A stretch of 64,000 bases of DNA from the NCBI RefSeq assembly GCF_963921235.1, contig NC_086097.1:155746001-155810000 (forward strand). Direction: 5' to 3'. Positions 24,918-37,719 of the stretch are shown here, piece by piece. Under the pieces are notes generated by a model. The model did not search any database, was not told where the DNA came from, and saw nothing but the letters and a program-made list of their open reading frames with translations. The translations under genes were made by a program, and so were the position numbers. This DNA is from Mobula hypostoma (taxonomy: Eukaryota). The number at the start of each line of letters is the position of its first letter. Positions within the stretch are counted from its first letter, which is position 1.

Positions 24918-27900
24918 GATATCTTGTAAGTTGAGTTGTTATTGGCATTTCCTTTACTATATTCTATTTAAAACAGCTGTTTACCACCCCTGTTGGTTCA
25001 TGCTGTTCGGGAATTCTGTTGTTCAGAATTCAGGAATAATGTTCAACCATTCCTGCTGTGCAGGAAGCGCCCCTGTGTGTTTTGATTGAAATCTAGTGCC
25101 TGAAGGTGCACCATCAAAGCAAACTAGACCTCTCTCTGTGCATGGGAAGAAACTGCTGCTACAAACTTCTGCAATGATTTTGAAAGAGACCTGTGCAATG
25201 AAATGATGTTCATCGTTTATTGTCAAGGTTGAATGTTCCATTCAATTAAGAGCAGAATGAATTTGGATAGTTTTGCTACTGAGGCAGAATGTGCATCATT
25301 TTCAATTTATTGAAGTAGCTATTTGGCAAAAGACTTTGAATAATGGGACTGTGAAAAAGAGGTTAAAGCAAAGAACTTATTATTGATTGTCTACAAATAT
25401 AATGGGGTGAATCACATTATCTGTAGACTTTTACTGAATTATTAAATTCCCATGTGATTGTGGATTCAGCAGGTAAATGTTAAAAGTAGGCATCCAATTA
25501 GGGGCACCCTGATGAGGTATTATTAACTTGAAGTAACAGTACCCAAGAGCAATTTGAAAGAAATTGTAATATGATCCTGGGGAGAACAAAGCAAAGCTGA
25601 ACATAACATTTACAATACAGTGCAGAACCAGTCTCTGAAATTGCAGAGATTGCATGAGAGCTCTTCGGTATCTTTATCACTTATTACTTAAATCATAAAA
25701 TTAAGGATTATTGTTGTAATATTAATAGTCATGAAACTTACAAAATTCATTATGATTAAGTTTTCAAAATATACATCCCTTGCATCTTGCAATAAATGAT
25801 AACGGATATTTCTAAACTGGTTATCACAGAGCAGGATTGGAGTGTTCTTGTAGCCTAGCAATTACAGAGCTAGCTTCCCACACATTGGATGAAGAATGGG
25901 TGTATATCTCTGTCACTTAAAGATTTTTGTTTCTTAGGTGTCTTGCCTTGGACTGTAAAGTTTGAATTCCGTAAAAAAGATTACATGGATAAGAGTTTAT
26001 CACATTTCTGTAAACAGATTCCTGTTTTTGGCTTTCTGCATCGATTCCTCATTTGCCTTTTCCATCTGGTTATGGGATCCTATTCTTTCTCAGTTCTTTG
26101 CCTGTGACTCACTGTTATCTTCCAACAGAGTTGTTCTAAATAACACCCTTCACTTCTTGTTTTTGACTAAGTCTAACTTTCCCCACAAGTTTCTAGCTGG
26201 CACTTTAATTAAGAAGGCTAGCATTTTAAGGGATAGCTTTCAGTCAATGTGGGTAGCCAATGGGGACATGGAAATATTCTCCAAAAGGTATTAAAGGTCT
26301 GGAGACTATTTTGTCAACAGGGCCCGACAAATAGTTTGAGAAAATTCCCCGTCCTAAAGTAATACGCAGAGACGGCCCATCCAGAATCAAGGTTATGTTA
26401 TTTGGGAATGATGGGAGAGATTAGCAAAGACCTGCAGAGACAGAGGATTGAATCAGCAGTATCCCATTTTGTGGGACCTGAATTTCATAATGTCAGTGTT
26501 CTAAAGTAGGAACTTTGTCTACTTTGGAACTAATGTGACTTCAATTCTCATCGATATCAACAAACCCGATTCAGTTTAAGTTTAAAATGGAAAACCAACT
26601 GTAATGAATGGATCATTTTAACAGCCTTGCTTCTGTATTCCACCACACTGTCAGAATCCCTCCTCTACATTTTAACCTTTTACTTAAAGGTTCTTTTAAT
26701 TAATTATCCTGAGTAAATTTATAGCACAATTATTACAGAAATCTAAACCAAGATTGACTATGTATTGTGTTTAAAAATGATAATACTCTATAATTAGCAT
26801 TTTAATCTCATGCAAGTGAGTGTTAGAAAAAGTCTAATTGCCTGGAAGTAAAACTTACATATACTCATAACTCCTCCCTAAACAACAGGCTTGTTCACAT
26901 TTCTAATGAAGTTGGGCAGTCCACTAGGTTGTGTAAGGACAAACATGGATGTCACTCTTGCTCATCTAGAACAGGTGTCAGTCACTTACTTGTACGAAAA
27001 GTAACCAAAACCCAGCTTTCGATTGCCTTGCAACCTTAAGGAATCAACTTGCATGGCGGTGGTGGATTGTGATGTGAGATAAAGAGAGTGGCAGTCTAAA
27101 TGTCCTGCATCATATGTTGTTGATATGAAGGAGGTTAGGAATGTTTTTTTAGCTGGTTTCTTTCATTCTTTTTTGCCTTTTCAAACACAGATCGTTTTTA
27201 ATGTTCCCTTCTCTGTAGATGGCTAACCAGCTGAGCTTTCATAGCATTTTATTTATTTTAGAATTTCAGCAGCCCCAATGTTTTGTAGCTCTCTGTTCCT
27301 GCAATTTTAAACTTTATTTGTGTGTACTCTTTCTTTGCTTGTCATTCTATTTATAATCCATCCAGCCAGATTAGTGTCATTTACAACCCTCCTTTACCCT
27401 CTCAGTCAACATTGATCATTGTCATCTATTCTCTCTTGGATCTCTAATTATCATACCACATTCGTTTTGTTCATCCTGACCACTTGCCTTCTCTGCAACT
27501 TAAAAATTTCACGTTTTCCAAGTTTTTAAAATCTAATGCAAGGTCGCTGTCAAAAGTCAATGATCCTAAATAATCCCCAAGGAGCTGATGAACTATATCC
27601 TTGAAATGGTTCCTGAGGTTTGGGGGTGAAAAAGAAAACAAGAAACTATAGTGATGATCATGTATTCTTAGGAGGAAGGAATCTATACTGCAACTTGCGG
27701 TGCAGAACTTTGGCCACTGGGATTGATCAAGGCAATAACCTTCCCTATGGCAGACACAGGAGGAGCCTTCCATGATTACAACATGATATTTCTCCTTTGC
27801 TGAAGAGTGTCACAATTATGAACATCTCTGAGTTTTCCTGGCTTGTCCTCCTCTTCACTGTGTGGGAGAGAAGCTGTGACAACGTGACTGAAATTCCTTT

Positions 27901-28514
27901 CAGCAAGGTTTTAGGAATTTAGCAGAGATAGATCTGCTTCTGACAGCTCAGTTTTTCTTGGTTAGCAAATAGGCTTTTTGATTTTTTAAACATGAAAGAT
28001 CCTGCAGATGCTTGAAATCCAGAGCAACACATACAAAATGCTGGAGAAATTCTGTCAATGTTTCAGACAAAGACCCCTCATCAGGATTGAGAAAGGGTGG
28101 GAAGAAGCCAGAATAAGGTGGGGAGAGAACACTCCATATCTTTTCAATATAAGCATGAAAAAACAAGTGGCACAATGATAAACTCTAACATAATACTTCC
28201 TTCAAAATTGATCAACCAAACGTTTACCAATATTACTGAAAACCCAAGACTCACAGGTGTTGTTGTTTCAAGAGTAAATAATGAGTGGATGGAGATGAAT
28301 GTCTTTCCACTGACTGAATAAAAACTAACTCCGCAGGAAATGGCATAAAAACCAGCTTGCATATAGGAAGCGATGCTCATACAAAATGAACTGCACCTCT
28401 AGAGGCCAGAATGCTTCCTGCCTGGCATCCTTGTGATGTCAAACTTAACTACTGAATCTAATGGTTAAATAATCATTTCATTAAGTCTTTGGAAAAAGAA
28501 ACATAGTGTCAGAG

Positions 28515-29056
28515 TCAGTCAGTCAGTCAGCAGGTGCCGTCCTGAATCTGGGGATGGTGGCTATGTGCCTCCATCTTCTTCGATCTTGCAACAGCACCGA
28601 GTACAGCCTCTCCTCCAGTTTCTTCTCGTTGGCCGCCTTGGCACCACCCTCCGAACTGGAGCCTGAGGCTGTGTCGGCCACCAGCCGCGGCCGCTTCTTC
28701 GAGCTCGGCCCTTCCTTAGGTGGAGGCCTTGGGCAGGTCCAGGCACACAGTGCAGTGCCCAAGTTCATCATGTCTCTTCTAACTAAGTGTATAGCATATG
28801 ATGCATAGATATGTGGCGAGGCTTTAATCTCTTCCACGGAAGATGGCCGTTGGCTCACAAGGAGCTCATCCACCCTTTGTCAGGTCTTGCATTTTTTTAG
28901 TCCTGCTGGGTGTCCTCACACCCTCCTCACCAGACTAAGTCTGGTGGGGGAGCCAGCCCAAGTCGCCGACCACTCCACCATGGCCCCTGGCCAAGCACCG
29001 GGCACCCGCCCCCCCGCTGAATCTCTCCGAGCGTCCGGCGCCCGACCGAAAACCAC
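28515..29056 (-). mobile_element. RTE-type non-autonomous retroelement carrying host-gene cargo, inserted in BEL
   Basis: 9-bp TSD GTGTCAGAG at 28506-28514 and 29057-29065; (CTGA)4 tail; RTE-like C-terminus LVRRD...LLQDRRRWRHIA. Confidence 0.85.
28591..28755 (-). pseudogene. ZFTRAF1: Circularly permuted fragment of the N-terminal coding region of ZFTRAF1/CYHR1
   Basis: 28754-28722 encodes [11 protein letters not shown]; 28721-28591 encodes PKEGPSSKKRPRL...[11 protein letters not shown]. The vertebrate CYHR1 sequence as I recall it reads [25 protein letters not shown], so the two halves are swapped. Confidence 0.85.
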
Positions 29057-30246
29057 GTGTCAGAGACTGATCTTAAAAACAGTCTTACTGGACTGTCTTT
29101 AACTGTTCTCACTTCAAAAATGCTGGTCTTGATGACATACTTGCTTGTGGTATTTTCTAATGAGCAGTAAGGTGACATGCTGTTTACCCAGAATGACAAT
29201 TGTGCAACAAGTTATCTCAGAAGTGAGTCATGCCTTCGTAATCCACCCTTTAACTTGCAGTAGTCTCTCAGAGTCAAGAAAGGGAAAGAGTTTACTCAGT
29301 GTTCTTTGTTCTGGGGGAGATTCCTGATTTGTGATGCATTGCATTTCCTCTGCATAAATCTGTCTTTGAATAACAAGAAGGATTTTAACCATTGCCTAAT
29401 TTAGTTGCTATATGCTGAGAGGTTGTTTATAAATATGCCAACCATTGCAAAGGCTGTCTTTGGCCAATCTTGTACAGGAATTACCTCTTTTACAGTCTGC
29501 CATCTCAACTACTAAAACTGCAGCACCTAGTTCAAGCTTTGGTATGGTGAGATCTGGTTCAGCAGCAAGTTTTGCTTTGCCCAGGATGAATTCAACCTCT
29601 GTGACCTTCTGGTATGCTCAGCAGGCAATAGCTTTAGTTGACGCATCACAGGAGATGCAAACCTCTTCCTTTTGGACTGCAGATAATGGAATAAATGTGT
29701 AGATTCTTGGAATTTTCAAGCCTTTAAGATCCTGAAGAGAAAAAGCCCACTGCTTCCAATGCCATGGTTCTCGTTAGGAGGTGGGGTATCCCATCTACAA
29801 GTGACTGAGGTCAACTCTCTTAGCATGAAACATCCCTGGATACTGACCAGAGCAGCAGTTCTGAGATGGTCAAATACACCGTTGATAGTTAATAGCACGC
29901 CACAACATGAAAAGAGTTTTTCAGTATCAGTGACCTGGAATGCACTGTATAGGAGGGAGGTTCTGTTCAAGATCAAGGTTCTCTGGACCTTTGGCCACAT
30001 CTTTGGATGGGAAACATTGCATGATCGAAGTACTGCTGTATGTGATCTTATGCAGTCTGAGGTTAGACTGTACCAACATGTCTTGTGCTGCTTTCGGCAC
30101 GCTGAATTCTTCTTCTGCATTACAGAATGATTTAAGACCATCATGTACATAAAATGTCTTTTATGCTCCAGACCTGAATTTCTTCTCTCCCTTGATAGCC
30201 GTCCTCTTATGACAATAGTTGGTGAGGGACATTTATCAAATACCCA

Positions 30247-30356
30247 AAACGTCAACTGTACCTCTTCCTAGAGATGCTGCCTGGCCTGCTGCATTCACCA
30301 GCAACTTTGATGTGTGTTGCTTGAATTTCCAGCATCTGCAGAATTCCTCGTGTTTT
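30247..30356 (+). mobile_element. Penelope terminal fragment
   Basis: Near-identical to 53457-53565 and 57111-57218. Confidence 0.85.
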
Positions 30357-31890
30357 CATATTTGTGCAGGTTTTTTTGTGCAACTTAACCTGCAAGTTAA
30401 CCTTTAAGGAATGCTGCCCGAGAACTTTCAAGCTCCCTTGCACTTCTGATTTTTGAATTTTCTTCCTGTTAGAAAATAGTCTACCTGTTAGAAAGTTGCA
30501 GTTGCAAATCTGCTGTCCTCCAGAACCATTCTGGAAACTGGCGATTCTTGAAAGTTCATTAGTAATGCCTCCACAATCATTTTTGGCTACCTCTTTCAGA
30601 ACTGTGGATTGTAGTTCATCTGGTCCAGGTGACTTATCTACTTCCAAATGTGTCAGCTTCACAAGCATATTCTTCTTTGTAATAGCAACGAGACTCACTT
30701 CTACCCCCTGACATTCTCGAATTTCTGGCATTCTGCTAGTGTTTTCCATAGTGAAGACCAGTGCAAAATACTTACTAAGTTCATCTGCCATTTCTTTATT
30801 CCCCATTACTACCTTTCCAGCATCATTTTTCATTGGTGTGATATCCAGTCTCACCTCTCTTTTACTTTTTATACATCTGGAAAAAAAACTTTTCCTGTCC
30901 TCTTTTATGGTATTGGCTAAGCTACCTTCATATTTTATTGGTTCTTTCCTTACAGCTTTTTAGTTGGTTTTTAAAAGCTTCCTAATACTTTAAATTCCTA
31001 CTAATTATTGCAATATTATATGATCCCTCTTTTTCCATGTTGTCTTTTTCAGTCACAGTTGCCTCATCCTTCCTTCAGAATACTGCTTCATCTGTGGGAT
31101 ATATACATTTTTCACCATCCAAACTGCCCCAGAACCTCCAGCCATTGCTGTTCTGCTGTCATCATTGGTAGTGTCCCCTTCTAATCAACTTTGCTGGTTC
31201 CTCTCTCATCCCTCTGTAATTCCCTTTACTCCACTGTAATTATACATCTGACTTTATCTTCCACCTCTCAAACTGCAGGGTGAATTCTATCATATTATGA
31301 TGACTGCCTCCTAAAGGTTTCTTTGCCTTAAGTTTCCTAATCAAATCTGGTTCAATGCTCAACACCCACTCCAGAATTGCCTTTCTCCTACTGGGCTCAA
31401 CCACAAGTTGCTCTGAGAAGCCATCTCATAGGCATTCTACAAATTCCCTCTCTTGAGATCCAGCACCAACCTGATTTTTCCAATCTCCCCAAATATTGAA
31501 ATCTCCCATCACATTCGTAACATTGCCCTCTTTATATGCCATTTCTATCTCTCTTTGTAATTACTATCCCACATACTAGCTACAATTTGGAGGCCTGTTA
31601 TGAACTCCCATCAGGGTCTTTTGACCTTTGCAGTTTCTGAACTCTTTACACATGAATTCTACATCTTCTGATTCTATGTCACCTCTTTCTAATGATATAA
31701 TTTCAATTTATACCAGCAGAGTCACCCCCACTAACTCCACCTACATGCCTGTCCTTTTCTTACAATGTGCATTTTCGTATGTTAAGCTCATAACTATGAT
31801 CTTCTTTCAGCCATGACTCAGTGATGGCCACAATGTCATAGCTGCCAATCTCTAACTGCACAACAAGATCATCTGCCTTGTTCCACATTG
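30357..31890 (-). mobile_element. CR1 LINE ORF2 relic with internal deletion
   Basis: MGNKEMADELSKYFALVFT..DKSPGPDELQSTVLKEVA; endonuclease-region motifs near 31400-31880. Confidence 0.85.
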
Positions 31891-32224
31891 TGCATGAAGA
31901 GTCTTGTATTCATCACCCTTTTCAAGTTTGCTCCAATGTTACACTTCAACTCATCCCACTGACTGGAATTGTCAAAGTTCAAAGCAAATTTATCAAAGTA
32001 CCCACTGTATATTTCATCATATACAACCCTGGATTTATTTTCTTGTGAGCCATCACAGTAAGTCCAAGAAACACAATAGAATCAATAAAAGTCTGCATCC
32101 AAAAGGACAGACAAAAAAAACAATGTACAAAAAAAACAGCAAGCTGCAAATGTATAAAGAAAAAGAAAAAAAAAGAAAAAAAAATGATAATTATAATTAT
32201 AATAAGATAAAAATATCTCTTACT

Positions 32225-34000
32225 TAAAGAAGAAATCACAAAAGATGCATCAAAATGTCTTCATATTACTTGTTTACAAACTATATAAAAATTGTAACAT
32301 CCTGCATCTCACAGCTAAATACCACTCACACCAATATCCATAATATAGTTACAGAAGAGCAGAAAGGATGCCATAAGCCCACTATGTCTCTGTCTAGCTT
32401 TAAACTCACTCTCTAATTTACTGAATTGGATGAAAACAGGTTATCAAATTAGAGAAACAAAATATATCTCAAAATGTATCTTCTATACATTGACAATTTG
32501 AAATTATATGCTCCTTCATCATTAAAGCTCAAGCAATTAATTCAAATTGTAGAATTACTTTCTAAAGATGTAAACATGAACTTTGGACTAGATGAGTACA
32601 GAACACTAAACATAAAGAAAGATGCAACAGAGCTGGTAGAATATAAAAAGAGCAGCAGGATACAATATAACCAATGGATGAATATGAAACATATAAATAT
32701 CTCGGATATCAATAAGTAAAGAAAATAGATCATAGTTCACTAAAGGAAAAACTTTTGACAGAATTTACTTCAAAGTTTAAGAAAATCTGCCAAACAGAGC
32801 TCAATAGTAAAAATATAACAAAGGCAATAAATATTTTCACTGTACCCAAATTAACATATTAGTTTTGCATAGTATCTTGGTCCTTAACTGATCTGGAAAA
32901 TATACAAAGAAAAATAAGAACTAAAATTCTAAAAGCCACTATGTACACTCGAACATACTTAGTTGAACACTACCAAGGAAAAGATATATTATCATCAACG
33001 AAAAGAGGATTCAGCACACCATGTGAACATTAGCAATCCTGATAAGAAATATATACCACTAAACTTAAATGAAAGCACGATCCAGAAAAATGAAGAAATT
33101 CTCTCTACAGAAGATAAAGTTAAGCAATGGAGGAGCAGGACCCTTCATGGAAGGCATCCCATGATCAGAGCAGACCGGCTGTTGACTATAAAGCGTTGAA
33201 TGCCTGGCTCAGAATTCAGAACCTCTTCTTAGAAATAGGGGGGTCCCTTGAGGCAATACTTAGCATTCAAAGTGATCAAAAAATATCAAAAATACATGAT
33301 AAAATACCAACAAATTCAAGACGATAAATGCAGAAAATGTCAAGAGAAACCAGAAATAATCCAACATACTACCAGATCCTGTAGCTGTTTAACTCATGAT
33401 GATTACTTACACAAGCACAATCAAGTGACAAACATCATTCACCAAAATCTTGATTTAAAATAAAGACTCATAAAGGACACCATACTTTAATATAAATACA
33501 AGCCTGATCCAGCTTTAGAGAGTTTTCTAAATTATATTACAACCGTTCAATTTTTACAGATAAGACAATCCATGATGTCTGTTTGGATATAAGATTACAG
33601 GATAAACGAGCAAGAACAACTTACTTAATAGATATAGCCATTCCATAACCTCAGTACATACAGAAATCAATAAATGAAAAACACCATAAATATACTGAGT
33701 TACAAGAGGAAATTGAAAGACTATGGAATATGAACAGGGTAAACATCCCAGAAGTAATATCTACAACTGGTATCATCCCAAGGTCACTACACAATAGCAT
33801 TAAACAATTGGCCTACACAGCAATATTTCTGTAAATCTTCAGAAAACCATAGCACTAAACACCACTAGTCCAACAGTTCCTAGCAATTGAGAAACAAGTT
33901 TGCTTGGCTATGCCCGTACCTCAGGTTTTACAGCTTGAGCCGAGTAAAGTAAAAATATAATAATAAATAAATAAATAAATAAATAAATAAACAAACAAAC
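32225..34000 (+). mobile_element. R4-clade (Dong-like) non-LTR element relic with restriction-like endonuclease, nested in a Rex 3' fragment
   Basis: EEQKGC, LLYIDNLKLYA, DKCRKCQEKPE..QH..SC..YLHKHNQV (CCHC), LIDIAIP, EK..KY; (TAAA)n tail at 33958-33990; host Rex fragment at 31970-32220 resumes near 34000. Confidence 0.82.
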
Positions 34001-34340
34001 AATATTTCTCAGGAATGTGAGGTGAAGAGTTCTTGAAAGTGAGTTCATATTTTCTGGTAATAGATCTGTGATGGAAGTTATCCCCTCTGGTTTAAGAGCC
34101 TGATAGCTGAGGGGTAATAACTGTTCCTGAACCTATGTTTTTGGATCTGATGCTCCTTTACCTTCTTCCTGATGGCAACAGAGAGAAGAAATGATATTGT
34201 GGATTGTGTCTGACCTTGATGATGTATGCTTTGCTGCAACAGCACTCCATATAGATCTGCTCATTGGTGGGGAGTGCTTTAACTGTGATGAACTGGCCCT
34301 ATCCACTACTTATGGTAATCTTTCCATACAAGGGCATTGA

Positions 34341-35105
34341 GGAGGTTAGGAGGATTAATGGCACCAGTGGCGACTCTTTTGTTTGCATCTTTGGAAACAG
34401 TTCTATTCCCATCTTTAATATCTCTATTTTTCCCTTTCAGCATTCTTTTGAAGATCCTGACCAGGAGTTGAACGCTGACTACAGTCCTTTGCGGGAATGG
34501 GACGCGCTCTCTGGATTTCACAATTGGCCATTGTTCGACATGCCTAAGATCCTTTGAAGGACTGAGATTTTGTAGCTCTGGAGACAGGGGAATTGGAGGT
34601 CAGTGCCTCTGCAGATATCAGTGTGTTGTTGGAGACAGAAGATCTTTGGCTGTGTGCCTAGAGACCTGAGATCTTTGGGCACAGAGCTTAGAAAAAAAAA
34701 CACAACAGACTTTTAACATCGTACACCAGTGAGTTGATTGTTATGTCTCCCCTCTCATTGTGAAGCAGAGACACCTCTTTCTCTCTTATTAGGGAGATAG
34801 AGAGCCTGTGGTATGTTGAATACCAGGTGAACAAGTAGTCTTTGGGGTACTTCAAGTCTGTGTCTTTGCTGTTGCTTTGTTCACACTGGAGTGCTCGGTG
34901 GCGGGTGCTGATGCTTTTTTTTTGCTGGTGTGGGGAGCGGGGATTGTTGCTTGTTGCTGCTTACACGTTGGGGAGCTTTGGGGTTCTAACATTTAACTGT
35001 CATTCATTCTTTGGCGGCACTCCTCTGTTTTCGTAGACGGTTGCAAAGTAAAAACATTTCAGGATGTATATTGTATACATTTCCCTGATATTAAATGTAC
35101 CTTTG
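34341..35105 (+). mobile_element. Non-autonomous retroelement inserted in a Rex fragment
   Basis: Interrupts minus-strand Rex sequence (..AGGGCATTG|..TCCATACCAGGC); tail ..ATTAAATGTACCTTTGA. Confidence 0.55.
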
Positions 35106-35119
35106 ATGTGTCCATACCA

Positions 35120-35850
35120 GGCTGTGACATGCTCTATTCTTGCTGTTTCCATCAAGAAGAAGGCACAGGAGGCAAAGAAGCCTCAGGGCTCACATGACCA
35201 AGTTCAGGAACAGTTATTACACTTCAACTATCTGGCTCTTGAACCAAAGTGGATAACTTCATTCAGCTTCACCTGCCCTGACACTGAGCTGCTCCAGCAA
35301 CCTATGGATTCACTTTAAAGGACTCCTCATCTCATGTCTTGATATTTATTGTTTATTTATTTGTTATTATTATTTCCTTCTTTTTGTTTTTGCACAGTTT
35401 GTTATCTTTTTCACATTGGTTGGTGTGGTCTTTCAATGATTCTCTTATGGTTATTATTCTATGGATTTATTGAGTATGCACATTGTATATGGTGACCTAT
35501 ATGTACTTTGATAATAAATTTACTTTGAAGTTTGAACTTTGAAATATCATCTACACCAGACATTTTTTCCCCAGGGCGTAAATGGCTAATATGAGGGGAT
35601 ATAACTTTAAGGTGTTCAGAGAAACTTACAGAGAGTGGTGCATGTGTAGAGCACACTGCTAAGAGTGGTGGTATTTGCAGATACATTTAGGACATCTAAG
35701 GAATTCTTAGACAGACACATGGATGATAGAAAAAAATGAAGGACTTTGTATGAGGGGAAGTTTACATTGATTTCAGAGTAGCTAAAAATGTTTGGGACAA
35801 CATCATAGGCCTCAGGGCTTGTACTGTGCTGTAATGTTCTATGTTCTATG
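35120..35850 (+). mobile_element. Rex1 3' fragment followed by CR1 3' fragment
   Basis: Similar to 5930-6290; CR1-like tail GTACTGTGCTGTAATGTTCTATGTTCTATG. Confidence 0.7.
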
Positions 35851-37149
35851 TACTTAATCCATCAGTCTGCCTCTATCTTTCTGAACTTTCTTCCTAACTC
35901 TGTTTGGTACAATTCTGAGTTTCTTGCAACCTGTGTTCTTTGAAATTGTTTCCCTCATATCCTGGTTGTAACACAATGCAAAAACACAATGTTCTTGAAA
36001 CTTTTAGAAGTGTACTCATTCCTCAATCTGCTGAATGTTACTATCTGCTCTTTGTCCCGTAGCTAATTTAGAATTCATATTATCATCTTTTCCTTTAATC
36101 TGATGGGTTTAATTTTGCAAATAGCCTTTTGTGAATTCATCCATAAGACATTAGAAAAGCTTAATAAACATTGCATTAAATCATTTAAAACTTGAAGCCA
36201 GCTCCAGAAACACTGGGTGCAAGACCCAGCAATTAGACAGAGCATTTGTGACTGATGAGGTAATTGATGTGCACTCACCTTCCACTTTTAAATGCCTTTA
36301 AGTGTTAAGGACTTATTTTTTAATCATTTATGGCCATTGTACTGAGGTCAGCATTAATTGCCCTTGAACCGAGTGACTTACTGGGCTATTTAAAAAGATA
36401 GTTTAAAGTCTACCATGTTAACCATGGAACCATGGAACTGAGGTCATACTCAGTCAAAACACAGAAAGTATATTAGATTGTTTAATGGTCTTAGTGAATC
36501 ACTTGGGCTTTTACAATAATTTAGTCCCTCTTGGTCATCATCACTATCATAAACTTTTAACCTTAATTTAGTTTATCTATTGAATTAAATGGCCCAGCTG
36601 CAATAATAGATTTGATCACATGTGTAGTGAATATACTCAAGTGCCATAGATTGCTAGTTCAGTAAATTAACTACCGGTGCTAAGTGTTATCATCGAATTA
36701 ACATATCTTAACAGTGGCTTATTACATATGATTCAAATAAAATTATTTATCTTTCTTTTCCAGCTGATCACTAATATAACTTTATAATTTTATTTGCATT
36801 GGTTATGAAATGTATTACTATCTCACTGAGTAGAAGCATTAATATACATTTTTTCATCATTAAAGACTTTCTGCTTTGAATAATTCAAACAAAATGTCTT
36901 ACCAATTTATTTTCACCCTTTACTCTTATTCTGTATCTTGTGGTTATCTAGTTGACAGGAAGGTACCTAACTGATTCTGTATGTGGTTTTGTGCAAAAAG
37001 CTTTGTACTGTTTTTGTGTACAATTATGGGGATAAACCATTTTGTTAGTGGGTCCATTAAGAATCATATTAGGTAAACTAGATGTGTTCTTAAGAGTTGT
37101 AATAAACATCCCTGTATCCGATAACTGCAATTTTCAGCAGCATATATTT

Positions 37150-37430
37150 ACGGTAGTTAAGCAGTTAGCGCAATGCTATTATAGCCTGGGCATCAGAGAT
37201 TGGGGTTCAATTCCGGCATCCTCTGTCAAAAGGCTTTTCCTGTGTGTGCGTGAACTTTTGTCTAGGTGCTCCAACTCCCCCCACCATCCAAAGACATACT
37301 CGTTAGTAGGTTAATTGGTCATTTTAAATCGTCCTGTGATCAGGCTAGTGTCAATTAGATGGGTTGCTGGGCAGTGTAGCTCACTGAGCAGGAAGGGCCT
37401 ATTCTGTGCTGCATCTCTAAATAAAATAAA
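37150..37430 (+). mobile_element. HE1/V-SINE-like SINE
   Basis: tRNA-like head with B-box GGTTCAATTCC, central domain, tail GAAGGGCCTATTCTGTGCTGCATCTCTAAATAAAATAAA. Confidence 0.7.
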
Positions 37431-37719
37431 CTTTTCTAAGGACATGTCACAGGCTTTATATTACGCCTTTACCTTCTCCTCAGGATTAAAGGGTAGTTGA
37501 CTACCTGGAATTACTATAGGGAAATAACTGGCAATTCTAGTGCTCTAAAAAGCTGTAAAGTTTTCATGCCTTTCATGGGATAGGTAAAAAACATTTCACA
37601 AATAAAGATTTGAAGAGGCATTGTATTCTCAGATCTGCAGTTTATGTCCTTATGCAGTCTAGCATTTAAAGTAATTTTTACAGTGGGCAGATTATTCCAA
37701 ACAGTTATCATCTAACAGA

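Larger units (their letters stand above)
28140..30245 (-). mobile_element. BEL/Pao LTR retrotransposon relic (RT, RNase H, integrase C-terminus, PPT, partial 3' LTR)
   Basis: Minus frames give FYVHDGLKSF..SNLRLHKI, GVLLTINGVFD, WDTPPP, CDASTKAIA, EVRTVKD..LFLRSVSD|TMFLFPKT*; purine-rich GATGCCAGGCAGGAAG follows. Confidence 0.85.

Noticed and set aside
28591..28755. Back-spliced circRNA-derived pseudogene
   Set aside because: The circle junction falls after ..KAS, mid coding sequence, with no evident splice-site boundary; not excluded without the parental exon map
28880..28990. Possible HDV-like ribozyme in the cargo-bearing RTE element (hairpins CACCAGACT/AGTCTGGTG and GGGTGT/ACACCC)
   Set aside because: No consistent P2, P3 and J4/2 arrangement could be built
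29716..30255. 179-aa minus ORF ending LFLFRILKA, superficially like the CYHR1 C-terminus
   Set aside because: Alternative frames show BEL/Pao pol motifs; the ORF is a frameshift mosaic of that relic
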